Shown: positions 21,959 to 34,855, numbered from the stretch's first letter. The stretch is 64,000 nt of DNA from Rhodospirillales bacterium (GCA_022822205.1 JAJECC010000062.1:1831-65830), one strand, 5' to 3'. Numbers and translations: made by a program. Notes: a model not told the origin generated them from the sequence alone.

Positions 21959-22074
21959 TGAATGTCCGGGGGCCTTTGGTTTACACGATGTATCCGAGAA
22001 TGTTCGCCTTTTTCAGGCGCGTCCAGGGATGTAGTCTTCCAAATACGCTTGTGGCAGGTGAATTGCCACACTTA

Positions 22075-22575
22075 ATGAGAATGGCTTTTGTGAGACAGAA
22101 ATATTTGCCGGGCAAGCGGACGCTGATTGCGCTGACGGCCGCTGTCCTCCTCACCGCGTGCGCCCCGCGGGTCGAAATCCGCGGCAACCTGCCGGACCCG
22201 GATTTGCTGGCGGAGCTCGAAATCGGCGCTCTCGATAAACGGCAGGTCGAGGAGATGTTCGGGTCGCCCTCCAGCGTTTCCACCTTCGGCAACGAGAACT
22301 GGTACTACATCAGCGAACGGGCCGAGACGACCGCCTTCCTTGCGCCCGAAGTGGTCGACCGCAAGGTCGTGGTGATCAGCTTCGACGAAAAAGGGGTTAT
22401 CCGCGACTTCGCCTCGCTCGGCCTGGAGGACGGCCGGATCATCGAATTGGTGGAACGCAAGACACCGACAGCCGGTCACGAGATCACCTTCCTGCAGCAG
22501 CTGTTCGGCAACCTCGGGCGCTTCGAAGGCGGCGATGATAGACCCCCCGGGGTGCCCCGTCTCCCCGGCAACTGA
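22075..22575 (+). CDS. bamE: Outer membrane protein assembly factor BamE (SmpA/OmlA lipoprotein)
   Basis: Has the lipobox LLTAC after a signal peptide, and then RGNLPDP......G..K.QV..MFGSPS. Confidence 0.8.
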   Translation: MRMAFVRQKYLPGKRTLIALTAAVLLTACAPRVEIRGNLPDPDLLAELEIGALDKRQVEEMFGSPSSVSTFGNENWYYISERAETTAFLAPEVVDRKVVVISFDEKGVIRDFASLGLEDGRIIELVERKTPTAGHEITFLQQLFGNLGRFEGGDDRPPGVPRLPGN

Positions 22576-22656
22576 TAACCGAACGCGGGACCGTTGCGAA
22601 GAAAAAGGCCGCGGGGCTGCCGCCCCACGGCCTTTGCTTGGCTCGATTGTGGTGCT

Positions 22657-24756
<2,100 letters not shown>

Positions 24757-24992
24757 GGTCGGGTCAACCTTTGTGTGATGCGTAACTCTTGGGATTGGCT
24801 CGGATCGGCGCAGCCGTCAAAATTCGTGTCCTCCGAACGGGGCAGCCTGAAAAGCGGGGGGAAAATGCCAGAACCGCCCCCGGAAGGCAACCGCGGTCCG
24901 GAACGGATCAAAATCGGCTGATCGGGCGCGAAATCGGACCCTGCCGGACGGGTCGACCGATGGCCGATCGGACCGGCGCGTTATCGATCAAA

Positions 24993-25976
24993 CTAGAAAT
25001 GCCGATAGCCTTCGGACCCGATCTCTACGCTGTTGCCGGCATGATCGAGTACGCGAATTTCGCTCCCGGGTTCGATGGCGCCGATCTTGGTTATTGGGAG
25101 CGCCAATCGTTCGGCGAGCGCGCCGATTTCGCTCTCCGCCGCGGGCGGCGCGGAAAACAGGAGTTCGTAATCGTCGCCGCCCGTGATCAGCCGGGTCAGC
25201 CATGCCGGCTCATCCGCCGCCAGCCGGGCGCCGAATTCGGACAGCGGGATGGCCGGCAATTCGATAACGGCGCCGGTCGAGGATTGTTCGCATATATGGC
25301 CGAGGTCGGCGGCCAGACCATCCGAAACGTCGATGGCGCCGGTGGCCAGCCCAAGGAGCGCGTTCCCGAGCGCGATGCGCGGCTCGGGCAATCGGTAGGC
25401 GGATATGGCGGCCGCGTCGAGCGATTCGTCGCCGATCGACAGCCCGTCCCGGAGCACCCGGAGTCCAAGACCGGCATCGCCGATGGTGCCGGTCACCCAG
25501 ATGTGGTCGCCGGCGCGGGCGCCTCCCCGGGTCAGTTCCCGTCCCTCGCCGACTTCGCCGATGGCCGTGACGTTGAGGGTCGTTGCCCCCGGCGCGGCGA
25601 CGGTATCGCCGCCGATCAGCGTCACGCCGAAGCGCTGCTGATCGTCGGCGAGGCCCGACGCGAAGGCCGCCACCCATTTTTCGTCGCGGCCCCGGCCCAG
25701 CGCCAGCGCCAGCGTGTAGGCGCGGGGCTGGGCTCCCATGGCGGCGAGATCGGAGAGATTGACCCTGAGGGCCTTCCTGGCGATTTGGTCCGGCGGGTCA
25801 TCGGGAAGGAAGTGGACACCCTCGGCGATCGTGTCGGCCGTCACGACGAACGAATGCCCGTCCGCCGGTTGGATTACGGCGGCATCGTCACCCAGGCCCA
25901 GGGCCCCCGGTTCGCCGGCGGACAGGGGGGCGAAATAGCGGCGGATGAGGTCGAACTCGCCCGGCGCGCCGTTCAT
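24993..25976 (-). CDS. thiL: Thiamine-monophosphate kinase
   Basis: The translation EFDLIRRYF...GLGDDAAV fits. The ATG at 25976 is 1 nt past the nusB stop. The longer ORF extension overlaps nusB out of frame. Confidence 0.88.
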   Translation of the reverse strand: MNGAPGEFDLIRRYFAPLSAGEPGALGLGDDAAVIQPADGHSFVVTADTIAEGVHFLPDDPPDQIARKALRVNLSDLAAMGAQPRAYTLALALGRGRDEKWVAAFASGLADDQQRFGVTLIGGDTVAAPGATTLNVTAIGEVGEGRELTRGGARAGDHIWVTGTIGDAGLGLRVLRDGLSIGDESLDAAAISAYRLPEPRIALGNALLGLATGAIDVSDGLAADLGHICEQSSTGAVIELPAIPLSEFGARLAADEPAWLTRLITGGDDYELLFSAPPAAESEIGALAERLALPITKIGAIEPGSEIRVLDHAGNSVEIGSEGYRHF

Positions 25977-25977
25977 G

Positions 25978-26472
25978 TCACTTTGCATCCATCTCGGCGC
26001 CCCGCAGCACGCGCGCAAGCCGGTCGAGCACGCCGTTGACCAGCGCGGGCTCTCCCTCGCTGAAAAACGCGTGGGCCATGTTGAGGTATTCGTTAACCAC
26101 GACTTTTGCCGGGACATCCGGCATTTCGAAGAGCTCGAACGCCGCCGCGCGGAGGAGGTTGCGGAGCAAAACGTCAAGGTTGTCGGGCGTCCGCCCTCCA
26201 TCCAACGAGCCTGCAATCATCTCGTCGAGTTTCGCCGCATCGCCCGAGACGCCGCGGACGATTTTCTTGAACTTCGGTTTGTCCGGCCGGGCATTGGCGC
26301 CGGCTTCGGGGATTTCGGTCCATCGATTGCTCACCACGTCGAGGACCACGTCGTCGAGTTTGGCGTGCGAGATTTCCATCTCGTAAAGGGCCTGAACGGC
26401 GGCCAGGCGGGCGGCCTGGGTTGCCCCGGTACCTTGTCCGGCCTTGTCGCGGGGGGGTGCGGATGCGGTCAT
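25978..26472 (-). CDS. nusB: Transcription antitermination factor NusB
   Basis: Has the RLAAVQALYEME pattern, and sits in the ribH-nusB order. Confidence 0.88.
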   Translation of the reverse strand: MTASAPPRDKAGQGTGATQAARLAAVQALYEMEISHAKLDDVVLDVVSNRWTEIPEAGANARPDKPKFKKIVRGVSGDAAKLDEMIAGSLDGGRTPDNLDVLLRNLLRAAAFELFEMPDVPAKVVVNEYLNMAHAFFSEGEPALVNGVLDRLARVLRGAEMDAK

Positions 26473-26493
26473 TTGACGGTCCGGCCTGTTGCC

Positions 26494-26943
26494 TTACGGG
26501 CCGGCCGGCGGATGGGTGCGTTTGATTTCGGCCATCCGGAGGCACGCGGCGGCGGCCCGGCCGCCGATATCCCGCTGGCCGGGATCGGCGCGTGCCCACG
26601 CCTGGTCCCGGTTTTCGCAGGTCAGGATGCCGAACCCATGGGCAACCCGTTCCAGCGTGCTGAAATCCATCAACGCGCGGCTCACCTCCCGGCAGATATG
26701 ATCGTAGTGATCCGTCTCGCCCCGGATGACGCAGCCGAGAGAGAGAAATCCCAGATAATCCGGATCGGCGTCGTGGGCTATCCGCATGGCGGCGGGGATT
26801 TCGAAAACCCCGGGAACGTCGATCCGTTCCGACGCGATCCCGGCCTTGCCGAATTCGGCCTCCGCGCCGGCGGTCAGCGCATCGGCGATATCGGCGTAGA
26901 AGCGCGCCTCGACGATCAGAACCCGGCCGGCCTCAGCTGCCAT
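26494..26943 (-). CDS. ribH: 6,7-dimethyl-8-ribityllumazine synthase
   Basis: The translation ...RVLIVEARFY..I...L..GA...........VPG.FEIP fits. Confidence 0.9.
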   Translation of the reverse strand: MAAEAGRVLIVEARFYADIADALTAGAEAEFGKAGIASERIDVPGVFEIPAAMRIAHDADPDYLGFLSLGCVIRGETDHYDHICREVSRALMDFSTLERVAHGFGILTCENRDQAWARADPGQRDIGGRAAAACLRMAEIKRTHPPAGP

Positions 26944-28078
26944 AAAAATCTTCCCCGACCGGGATACCCTCGTTGATGCTGATTTTCAGCGGTTTCCGGC
27001 CGACCACCGTCAAACCGAAGCCATCCAACCCGACGATGGTTCTCTGGGAGTTGGACAGCAGCACCATTTCCCTGACGCCCAAATCCAGGAGGATCTGCGC
27101 GCCGATGCCGTAGTCGCGCAACGTCGGTGACGAGGGCGATTGAGTCTCCAGGGTGGTGCGTATGCGGTCCGAAAGGACGGTATTGCTGGCATTCCGGATC
27201 ATCACGATGACCCCCCGCCCCTCCGCCTCGATCATCTCCATGGCGAGGTGGAGCTCCAGGGTCTTCTCGGCGCTGAAAATGTCATCGAACACGTTGAAGG
27301 CATGCATCCGGACCATAACCGGGCCGGGCGTCGACGGGTCGCCCTTGACCAGCGCCAGCTGCTCCACGTCGTTGGCGGTATCCCGGTAGACGATGGTGCG
27401 GAATTCGTGGCCGGAGATCGTCTTCAGCGGCGCCTCGATACCCGGCTTGACGATGCGGTCGTGCTTCAGCCGGTACGCGATGAGGTCGGCGATGGTGGCG
27501 ATCTTGAGGCCGTGGCGCTGGGCGAACGGCACCAAATCGGGCATCCGCGCCATGTTGCCGTCTTCCTTCATGATCTCGCAAACCACCCCCGACGGCGTCA
27601 GTCCGGCGAGGCGCGCGAGATCGACGGCTGCCTCCGTATGACCGGCGCGCGCCAGAACGCCGCCGTCACGCGCCATGAGCGGGAAGATGTGCCCGGGGCT
27701 GACGATGTCGTCTTTCCCTTTCGCCGAGTCGATGGCCGTGGCGATGGTCCGGGCCCGGTCCGGCGCCGAAATGCCGGTGCTGATCCCGTCCCGGGCCTCG
27801 ATGGATACCGTGAATGCCGTCTGATGCCGGGACAGATTGTCGCTGGTCATCAACGGCAGACCCAGGTCCCGCACCCGATCGGCCGTCATGGCGAGACAGA
27901 TCAGCCCCCGGCCGTGGGTCGCCATGAAGTTGATCGCGTCGGGCGTCGCCATTTGCGCCGGGACTATGAGATCGCCTTCGTTCTCCCGCTCCTCGTCATC
28001 GGTCAGGATGAACATCTTGCCGTTGCGGGCGTCCTCGATGATCTCCTCGATCGAAGACAGGTATTCGGTGTCGGACAC
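26933..28078 (-). CDS. ribBA: Bifunctional 3,4-dihydroxy-2-butanone-4-phosphate synthase / GTP cyclohydrolase II-like protein
   Basis: Has the DHBP synthase motif DDEERENEGDLI and HTEA.VDLARLAG. The GTG at 28078 follows the ribE stop, whereas the ATG at 28111 would overlap ribE. Confidence 0.88.
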   Translation of the reverse strand: MSDTEYLSSIEEIIEDARNGKMFILTDDEERENEGDLIVPAQMATPDAINFMATHGRGLICLAMTADRVRDLGLPLMTSDNLSRHQTAFTVSIEARDGISTGISAPDRARTIATAIDSAKGKDDIVSPGHIFPLMARDGGVLARAGHTEAAVDLARLAGLTPSGVVCEIMKEDGNMARMPDLVPFAQRHGLKIATIADLIAYRLKHDRIVKPGIEAPLKTISGHEFRTIVYRDTANDVEQLALVKGDPSTPGPVMVRMHAFNVFDDIFSAEKTLELHLAMEMIEAEGRGVIVMIRNASNTVLSDRIRTTLETQSPSSPTLRDYGIGAQILLDLGVREMVLLSNSQRTIVGLDGFGLTVVGRKPLKISINEGIPVGEDFYGS

Positions 28079-28082
28079 GGGG

Positions 28083-28670
28083 CTATTCCTTTCCCAGGAG
28101 GCGCGCAACATAGCGTGCCAGAAGGTCGATTTCCAGGTTCACGAGATCGCCTTCCTTGCGGGTCCCGAAGGTGGTTGCGGACAGGGTGTGGGGGATGATG
28201 TTGACCTCGAACCAATCGTCGCCGACGTCGTTGACGGTCAATGAAACCCCGTCGACGGTGACCGAGCCCTTTTGCGCAACGTAGTGCTTCAGGCCGTCCG
28301 GCACCCGAATACGAAAACAGGCCGAATCGGAGACCGGCGCGACCGAGAGAATCTCACCGACCCCGTCCACGTGGCCAAGCACCATATGGCCGCCCAGTTC
28401 GTCCTCGGCCCGCAATGGCCGTTCGAAGTTGACCGGCGTCCCCTCGGTCCAGCGGCCGAGCGTGGTAACCCGGAGCGTCTCGCCCGATACGGTCGCGGCA
28501 AACCAGCCCTCGCCCTTTTCGGTTACCGTCAGGCACGCGCCGGAGCAGGCGATGGAGGCGCCGATCCCGACGGCGGCCATGTCGTAGCCGGTTTCGAACT
28601 CGAACCGGGCGTCTTCCCCAGCCTCCACGGAACGCACTCTGCCAAGATCGGTCACGATGCCGGTAAACAT
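28083..28670 (-). CDS. ribE: Riboflavin synthase
   Basis: Starts MFTGIV and has the duplicated GAC(S)LTV / G(V)SLTV motif. Confidence 0.92.
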   Translation of the reverse strand: MFTGIVTDLGRVRSVEAGEDARFEFETGYDMAAVGIGASIACSGACLTVTEKGEGWFAATVSGETLRVTTLGRWTEGTPVNFERPLRAEDELGGHMVLGHVDGVGEILSVAPVSDSACFRIRVPDGLKHYVAQKGSVTVDGVSLTVNDVGDDWFEVNIIPHTLSATTFGTRKEGDLVNLEIDLLARYVARLLGKE

Positions 28671-28679
28671 GCTGCCATC

Positions 28680-29780
28680 CTAGTTGGTTGCCGCGCCGCC
28701 GGCCGGCGCGGCATAGGTTTCCTTGACGTCCTTCCCGACGGCCTCGACGCCGATCAGCTCGAAGCCAGACGCGCGGGTCATTTCCTCCAGCCCGAGGGGC
28801 CCATACTGGGCCAATGCATCTCCGCCCATTGCCGTCGGGCCGCGAAACACAACCAGACGGTCGGCGAGACCGGCCTTGAGAAACGACGCCGCGATGCCGG
28901 CGCCGCCCTCGATCAACACCCGGGTTAGTCCGCGTGCGGCGAGAGCCTCGGCGGCGGACCCGGGATCGACCCCCGGGCCGGAACCGGGCCGGGGCGCCTG
29001 TATCACCTTAGTCCCGCGTTCCTCATACGGCGTCAGTTCCGCCTCGGATTTGCCGTCCGCCGTAATGATCCACAGCGGTACTTCCGGCGCGCCCTGAACC
29101 AGATTGCAGTCGAGCGGTGTCCGCAGGTTCGAATCGAGGACGATGCGCGCCTGGCGTCCGGCCTGCACGCCGGGCAGCCGGCAGGTCAATTGGGGATCGT
29201 CGGCGAGCACCGTCCCGATGCCCACCAGCGTCGCGTCGTGGTCAAGCCGCATCTGGTGTGCGGCGGCGCGCGAATCCTCGCCGGTGATCCACTTGCTTTC
29301 CCCCGACGCCAGAGCGATCCGTCCGTCGATGCTGGTTGCGGATTTGAGCGTGAACAATGGCCGCGATTGCGTCCGGGCAAGCAGGTAGCCGGCATTCAGT
29401 TCGGCCGCCATTTGCCCGCAGCACCCCTGCTCGACCGATATGCCTGCCTCGCGCAGGCGTTCAAGACCGCCGCCGTCAACCCGGGCATCCGGGTCGCGGA
29501 TTGCCGATACGACGCGGGAGACGCCGGCATCGATCAGCGCCTCCGCACAGGGAGGCGTCTCGCCGTGATGCGCACAGGGTTCCAGCGTCACGTAGGCCGT
29601 CGCGCCTTTGGCGGCGGGCCCGGCGCGCCGCAGCGCCTCGGTTTCCGCGTGCGGCCGGCCGCCCGGCTGGGTCCAGCCGCGGCCGGCGACCAAACCGTCC
29701 TTGACGATGACGCACCCGACGGCGGGATTGGGCCAGACGTTGCCCAGCCCCCGCCGGGCCAGCGAAAGAGCGGCCCGCAT
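28680..29780 (-). CDS. ribD: Bifunctional riboflavin biosynthesis protein RibD (deaminase/reductase)
   Basis: Has HMRAALSLARRGLG...NPAVGCVIV...HAE...TLEPCAHHG. I take the start at ATG 29780. The longer ORF overlaps nrdR. Confidence 0.9.
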   Translation of the reverse strand: MRAALSLARRGLGNVWPNPAVGCVIVKDGLVAGRGWTQPGGRPHAETEALRRAGPAAKGATAYVTLEPCAHHGETPPCAEALIDAGVSRVVSAIRDPDARVDGGGLERLREAGISVEQGCCGQMAAELNAGYLLARTQSRPLFTLKSATSIDGRIALASGESKWITGEDSRAAAHQMRLDHDATLVGIGTVLADDPQLTCRLPGVQAGRQARIVLDSNLRTPLDCNLVQGAPEVPLWIITADGKSEAELTPYEERGTKVIQAPRPGSGPGVDPGSAAEALAARGLTRVLIEGGAGIAASFLKAGLADRLVVFRGPTAMGGDALAQYGPLGLEEMTRASGFELIGVEAVGKDVKETYAAPAGGAATN

Positions 29781-29820
29781 GTGCGAAACGTCGTGGGAGG
29801 TAAAGGCGCGATTTCCCGGT

Positions 29821-30273
29821 TTATTCGTCGCCCAATGTTCCGACGAAATCCTCGAAATCCTTTGCTTCGCGGAAGTTCCGATAGACCGAGGCGAACCTGA
29901 CATAGGCCACCTTATCCAGGTCGGCGAGAACGTCCATGACGATCTCGCCGATGACCTTGGACGGCACTTCGGTCTCTCCCAGGCTTTCCAGCCGCCGCTG
30001 GATGGAATTGACGATGCGTTCAATCTGATCCTCGCCGACAGGGCGTTTTTGCAGCGCGACCCGCAGGGACCGGGTGATCTTCTCGCGGTCGAAGAGTTCT
30101 TTTTTGCCGTCCTTTTTGACCACGCTGATCTCGCGCAGCTGAACGCGCTCCATTGTCGTCCACCGGGCGCCGCATTCGGGGCACGACCGTCTCCGGCGAA
30201 TTACCGAATTGTCCTCGGTGGGACGGGAGTCCTTCACCTGTGTGTCGTTGTGACCGCAAAATGGGCAACGCAT
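29821..30273 (-). CDS. nrdR: Transcriptional repressor NrdR
   Basis: Has the zinc ribbon [14 protein letters not shown]...RRRR.CP.CG.R.TT.E and an ATP-cone. Confidence 0.95.
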   Translation of the reverse strand: MRCPFCGHNDTQVKDSRPTEDNSVIRRRRSCPECGARWTTMERVQLREISVVKKDGKKELFDREKITRSLRVALQKRPVGEDQIERIVNSIQRRLESLGETEVPSKVIGEIVMDVLADLDKVAYVRFASVYRNFREAKDFEDFVGTLGDE

Positions 30274-30308
30274 GATTTAAAACCCCCTGAAGGCCTAAGC
30301 GCTAACGG

Positions 30309-31622
30309 TTAGAAGCCCGGATAAATCGGGAAGCGGGCGCACAGTTCGGAAACCTCGGCCCGGACCCGCTTCTCGACGGCTTCATTTCCTTCGGGTCCGT
30401 TCCCGGCAAGCCCGTCGAGAACCTCGGCGATGAGTTCACCGACCTGGCGAAATTCAGCGGGACCGAACCCGCGGGTTGTTCCGGCCGGTGTCCCCAGCCG
30501 AATGCCGGAGGTGACCATCGGCTTCTCCGGGTCGAAGGGAATGGCGTTTTTGTTGCAGGTAATCCCTGCCCGTTCGAGACTGTCTTCGGTGACGTCGCCG
30601 GTCAGCCCCTTGGGCCGCAAATCCACCAGCATCAGGTGGGTATCCGTGCCGCCGGAGACGATGTCGCATCCCCGCTCGGACAGGACGGACGCCAGTGTCT
30701 TGGCGTTCTCGACAACGGCCTGGGCGTAGCTCTTGAAGTCGGGACGCAGGGCCTCGCCAAGGGCGACGGCCTTGGCCGCGATCACATGCATCAGCGGCCC
30801 GCCCTGCAGGCCCGGGAAGATAGCCGAGTTGACCTTTTTGATGATGTCGGCGTCGTTGGTCAGGATCATGCCGCCGCGAGGCCCCCGCAGCGTCTTATGG
30901 GTGGTCGTGGTGGCGATATGGGCGTGGGGAAACGGGCTCGGATGAACCCCTGCCGCGACCAGGCCGGCAAAATGCGCCATGTCGACCATCAATAGGGCGC
31001 CGGCCTCATCGGCGATCGCCCGAAAGCGCTCGAAATCAATGACCCGCGGATAGGCCGAGCCGCCGGCCATGATGATCTTCGGCCGGTGCTCCCTGGCCAA
31101 TTCCTCGACCTCGCCGAAATCGATCAAGGCGTCCTGCTTTCTGACGCCGTACTGGACGGCATTGAACCACTTGCCCGACAGATTGGGTTTTGCGCCATGG
31201 GTCAGATGCCCGCCCGCCGCCAGTGACATACCGAGGATCGTATCGCCGGGCCGCATGAGCGCCAGCATCACACCTTGATTGGCCTGGCTGCCCGAGTGCG
31301 GCTGGACGTTGGCAAACTCGCAGCCGAACAATTTTGCGGCGCGCCCGATGGCGATTTTCTCGGCGACATCCACATGCTCGCAGCCGCCGTAGTAGCGGCG
31401 GCCGGGGTAGCCTTCGGCATACTTGTTCGTCAGAACCGATCCTTGGGCCTCCAGAACCGCGCGGGAGACGATGTTTTCGGACGCGATCAACTCTATCCGG
31501 TCCTGTTGGCGCGCAAGCTCCGACCGAACCGCGTCGAATACATCCGGATCGCTGTCACCGATCCCCTCCCCGAAAAACGCCGTCATGCGGGAGGCGGCCG
31601 AATTGGCGCTAGCTACGGTCAT
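30309..31622 (-). CDS. glyA: Serine hydroxymethyltransferase
   Basis: Has [19 protein letters not shown] and the PLP site [14 protein letters not shown]. The ATG at 31622 has GGAAGGA upstream. Confidence 0.95.
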   Translation of the reverse strand: MTVASANSAASRMTAFFGEGIGDSDPDVFDAVRSELARQQDRIELIASENIVSRAVLEAQGSVLTNKYAEGYPGRRYYGGCEHVDVAEKIAIGRAAKLFGCEFANVQPHSGSQANQGVMLALMRPGDTILGMSLAAGGHLTHGAKPNLSGKWFNAVQYGVRKQDALIDFGEVEELAREHRPKIIMAGGSAYPRVIDFERFRAIADEAGALLMVDMAHFAGLVAAGVHPSPFPHAHIATTTTHKTLRGPRGGMILTNDADIIKKVNSAIFPGLQGGPLMHVIAAKAVALGEALRPDFKSYAQAVVENAKTLASVLSERGCDIVSGGTDTHLMLVDLRPKGLTGDVTEDSLERAGITCNKNAIPFDPEKPMVTSGIRLGTPAGTTRGFGPAEFRQVGELIAEVLDGLAGNGPEGNEAVEKRVRAEVSELCARFPIYPGF

Positions 31623-32005
31623 CCAGTGAAATCCTTCCACGGCTATTCGGCGATGAGTCCTGTGGATACAGGTCCAAAATGGCGACATGCAATACCATAT
31701 ATCGGAAGGCCTTGCCAACCGGACACCAGGGGTCGCGGGGAAACCAATATTTGGCCAATTGGAGCAATATTTGAAATTTCGAACGGAATGGCGCGCCGGA
31801 GTTGGCGAGGGATACTAAAGACCAACCGGCGGGAACCAAAAGACAGGCAATTGGATAAGGCGATTGCCGATGGAGCATGACCAGCCACCTGCTAGCGATT
31901 ATTGTATTCTATTTCACTAATACACCGTGGTTTTGGTTGTTTCGTGACCGAACTGCCGCTAACGTCGTCGGGAACATCTAGATAAATTACCCTGGAGCGG
32001 AAACG

Positions 32006-32449
32006 ATGAGCGACAGTGACTCGCGGAACGTCGACCGCGGCGAAATTCTGCGGATGGCGGTTGAAGTGGTCTCGTCCTACGTCGGCCGCAATCAGATCGC
32101 CGGGGACCAAATTCCCGAACTCATCAACACGGTTTACCGTTCGATGGCGGGTCTGGCCAACTCGGACGGTCACGAGGACCGGGAAGTCTCCAAGCCCGCG
32201 GTCGCCATACGGCGCTCGGTCACGCCCGACTACCTCATATGCCTGGAAGACGGCAAAAAGCTGAAGATGCTCAAACGGCACCTCCGGACGACCTACGGAA
32301 TGACCCCCGAGGAATATCGGGCCAAATGGAAGCTGCCGCACGACTACCCGATGGTCGCGCCCAACTATGCCAAGCAGCGTTCGGAGTTTGCCAAGAACAT
32401 CGGTCTCGGCCGAAAATCAGGCCGCCCCAAATCCCGCAAAAGCGCCTAG
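32006..32449 (+). CDS. mucR: MucR/Ros family zinc-finger transcriptional regulator
   Basis: Has the Ros signature YLICLEDGKKLKMLKRHLRTTYGMTPEEYRAKW.LP.DYPMVAPNYA. Confidence 0.92.
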   Translation: MSDSDSRNVDRGEILRMAVEVVSSYVGRNQIAGDQIPELINTVYRSMAGLANSDGHEDREVSKPAVAIRRSVTPDYLICLEDGKKLKMLKRHLRTTYGMTPEEYRAKWKLPHDYPMVAPNYAKQRSEFAKNIGLGRKSGRPKSRKSA

Positions 32450-32510
32450 AGCGGACCCGTGCTAAGGTGATGGTCCGGTTGTCGAGCTAATTGCCGCGGG
32501 GCGTATATTC

Positions 32511-33284
32511 GTGAGTATCGAGGTTCGCGACATCACCAAGACCTTCGGCGGCCTCACCGCGCTTCGCGACTGCTCCCTTACCGTCGAACCCGGGACGATC
32601 ACCGGCCTGATCGGACCCAACGGCGCCGGCAAGACCACGCTGTTCAACATCGTCGCGGGCGCGTTCAAACCGGACTCCGGACAAATATTGTTCGAGGGGA
32701 CCGATATCACGGGCCTCGGGACCCACCGGCTGTTCCGCCGGGGGATCGTCCGCACGTTTCAGGTTCCCAAGGAATTTTCGCGAATGACCGTCCGGGAGAA
32801 CCTGATGCTGGTTCCGCCCGGTCAGACGGGCGAGAGCCTCGCGGCCGCCTGGTTCAGCCGGCGCGCGGTGCGGCGCCAGGAAGAGGAAATCGCCGCCAAG
32901 GTCGAGGATGTCCTGGCGTTTCTCAATTTGGGCCATGTCGGATCGGAACTCGCGGGCGGTCTTTCCGGCGGCCAGAAAAAACTGCTGGAGCTCGGCCGCA
33001 CGATGATGACCGACGCCACAATGGTGCTTCTCGACGAGCCCGGCGCCGGGGTCAACCGCTCGCTGCTGGCGCACCTGGTCGAGGCCATCGAACGTCTGAA
33101 GGAGGAGCGCGGCTACACCTTCTGCATCATCGAGCACGACATGGATCTGGTCGAGCGCCTCTGCTATCCGGTTATCGCCATGGTCCGGGGCGAGATCCTG
33201 GCGTCCGGCGCCATGGAGGACATCCGTTCCAATCAAACGGTGGTCGAAGCCTATTTCGGAAACGCGAAAGCGGGCGGCCGATGA
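32511..33284 (+). CDS. Branched-chain amino acid ABC transporter ATP-binding protein (LivG-like)
   Basis: Has Walker A GPNGAGKTT and the signature LSGGQKKLLE. GTG start. Confidence 0.85.
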   Translation: MSIEVRDITKTFGGLTALRDCSLTVEPGTITGLIGPNGAGKTTLFNIVAGAFKPDSGQILFEGTDITGLGTHRLFRRGIVRTFQVPKEFSRMTVRENLMLVPPGQTGESLAAAWFSRRAVRRQEEEIAAKVEDVLAFLNLGHVGSELAGGLSGGQKKLLELGRTMMTDATMVLLDEPGAGVNRSLLAHLVEAIERLKEERGYTFCIIEHDMDLVERLCYPVIAMVRGEILASGAMEDIRSNQTVVEAYFGNAKAGGR

Positions 33285-33988
33285 CGGCGGTCCTGGAGGT
33301 TGACGATGTCCGCGGCGGCTATGGCGGCGCCGACATTCTCAACGGAACCGATCTCAGGCTCGGCGAAGGGGAAATCGTCGTCATCATCGGGCCGAACGGG
33401 GCCGGTAAATCCACCCTCATGAAGGCCGTCTTCGGGCTGGCCACGATCCGGTCCGGCAGCGTCTCTTTTTTCGGCCGGACCATCACCGGCATGAGGGCGG
33501 ACCAGGTCGCCAAACTGGGAATGAGTTACGTGCCCCAGGAGCGCAACGTCTTTGCCTCCCTGACGGTGAACGAGAACCTGGAGATGGGCGCTTATCTCCG
33601 GGACGATGATTTCGGACCTCAGATCGAACGGATCTACGAGCTTTTTCCGCCCCTCAACGAACGCCGCCGGCAACAGGCCGGCACGCTGTCCGGCGGCGAA
33701 CGGCAGATGCTCGCCATGGGCCGGGCGCTGATGCTCGATCCGAAACTCCTGCTGTTGGACGAACCGACGGCGGCGCTGTCGCCCCGCTACGCCGCCGAGA
33801 CCTTTGAGCGGATCAGGGAAATCAACGCCCTCGGCATCACAATTCTGATGGTCGAGCAGAACGCCCGTCAGGCGTTGGAGCATGCCGACCGCGGTGTCGT
33901 GTTGGTGATGGGCGAAAACCGGTTCGAGGCGCCGGGACCGGAACTTCTGGCCAACCGGGAGGTGGCCGAAATGTATTTGGGGGGATGA
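33281..33988 (+). CDS. Branched-chain amino acid ABC transporter ATP-binding protein (LivF-like)
   Basis: Has GPNGAGKST, LSGGERQMLA and LLLDEP. There is a 4-nt overlap with the upstream gene. Confidence 0.85.
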   Translation: MTAVLEVDDVRGGYGGADILNGTDLRLGEGEIVVIIGPNGAGKSTLMKAVFGLATIRSGSVSFFGRTITGMRADQVAKLGMSYVPQERNVFASLTVNENLEMGAYLRDDDFGPQIERIYELFPPLNERRRQQAGTLSGGERQMLAMGRALMLDPKLLLLDEPTAALSPRYAAETFERIREINALGITILMVEQNARQALEHADRGVVLVMGENRFEAPGPELLANREVAEMYLGG

Positions 33989-33994
33989 GCGAAA

Positions 33995-34855
33995 TTGACC
34001 GATCTCCTTCAGCTCCTGGTCTTTGGGATCGTGTTCGGCAGTATCCTGACCCTCGGCGCCATCGGCGTGTCGCTGATCTTCGGGATTCTCCGGTTCGCTC
34101 ATTTCGCGCATGGCGACATGATGACGGTCGGCGCCTACTTCGCCTTGATTTTCGTCGCGCAGATCGGCTGGCCCATCTACCTGGCGCTGCCGGCGGCGAT
34201 GATCGGCGCGGCGCTCCTCGCCATCCTGATCGACCAATCGGTCTACCGGAGGTTACGGCGCACCGCGCCGGTGATCCTGCTGATTTCGTCCTTCGGCATG
34301 GCGCTGCTGCTCCGGGCCGCGGTGCAGCTCATCTGGGGCACGGACAACCAAGTCTATCAGCCGGGCATCAACGTGCCCTATGTGGTCTTCGATATCCGCA
34401 TCAAGCCGGACCATCTGGTGATCGTCGGCGCCTCCGTCATCCTGGTGTTCGCGTTTCATCTGTTCCTCAAGATGACGCGCATGGGCAAGGCCATGCGGGC
34501 CATGAGCGACAACGTCGATCTCGCACGGGTCAGCGGCATCGACAGCGAGCGGGTGGTGATCTGGACCTGGGTCATCGGCGGCGCGCTGGCCGCCGCGGCG
34601 GGCGTCTTGCTGGCGCTCGATACGCGGCTCAATCCGCAGCTTGGCTGGAACGTCCTGCTCCCCGTCTTCGCGGCGACCATCGTCGGCGGCATCGGCCGGG
34701 TCTACGGCGCCATCGCCGGCGGCATGTTCATCGGCATCGCGACCGAACTCTCCACGGCGGTCATCCTGCCGGCCTACAAGCCGGCGGTGGCGTTCACCCT
34801 GATGGTGCTGGTGCTGATCCTGCGGCCCCGGGGATTGGTGCGGGGCATGAACTGA
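33995..34855 (+). CDS. Branched-chain amino acid ABC transporter permease (LivH-like)
   Basis: A polytopic protein starting LLQLLVFGIVFGSILTLGAIGVSLIFG. TTG start. Confidence 0.8.
   Translation: MTDLLQLLVFGIVFGSILTLGAIGVSLIFGILRFAHFAHGDMMTVGAYFALIFVAQIGWPIYLALPAAMIGAALLAILIDQSVYRRLRRTAPVILLISSFGMALLLRAAVQLIWGTDNQVYQPGINVPYVVFDIRIKPDHLVIVGASVILVFAFHLFLKMTRMGKAMRAMSDNVDLARVSGIDSERVVIWTWVIGGALAAAAGVLLALDTRLNPQLGWNVLLPVFAATIVGGIGRVYGAIAGGMFIGIATELSTAVILPAYKPAVAFTLMVLVLILRPRGLVRGMN

Noticed and set aside
31623-31900. ZTP (pfl) riboswitch or DnaA box upstream of glyA
   Set aside because: I found no CCGCCTGGGC-type pseudoknot element or GGGTCGTGAC-like 5' domain. A single near-DnaA-box (GTATCCACA) is not meaningful on its own.
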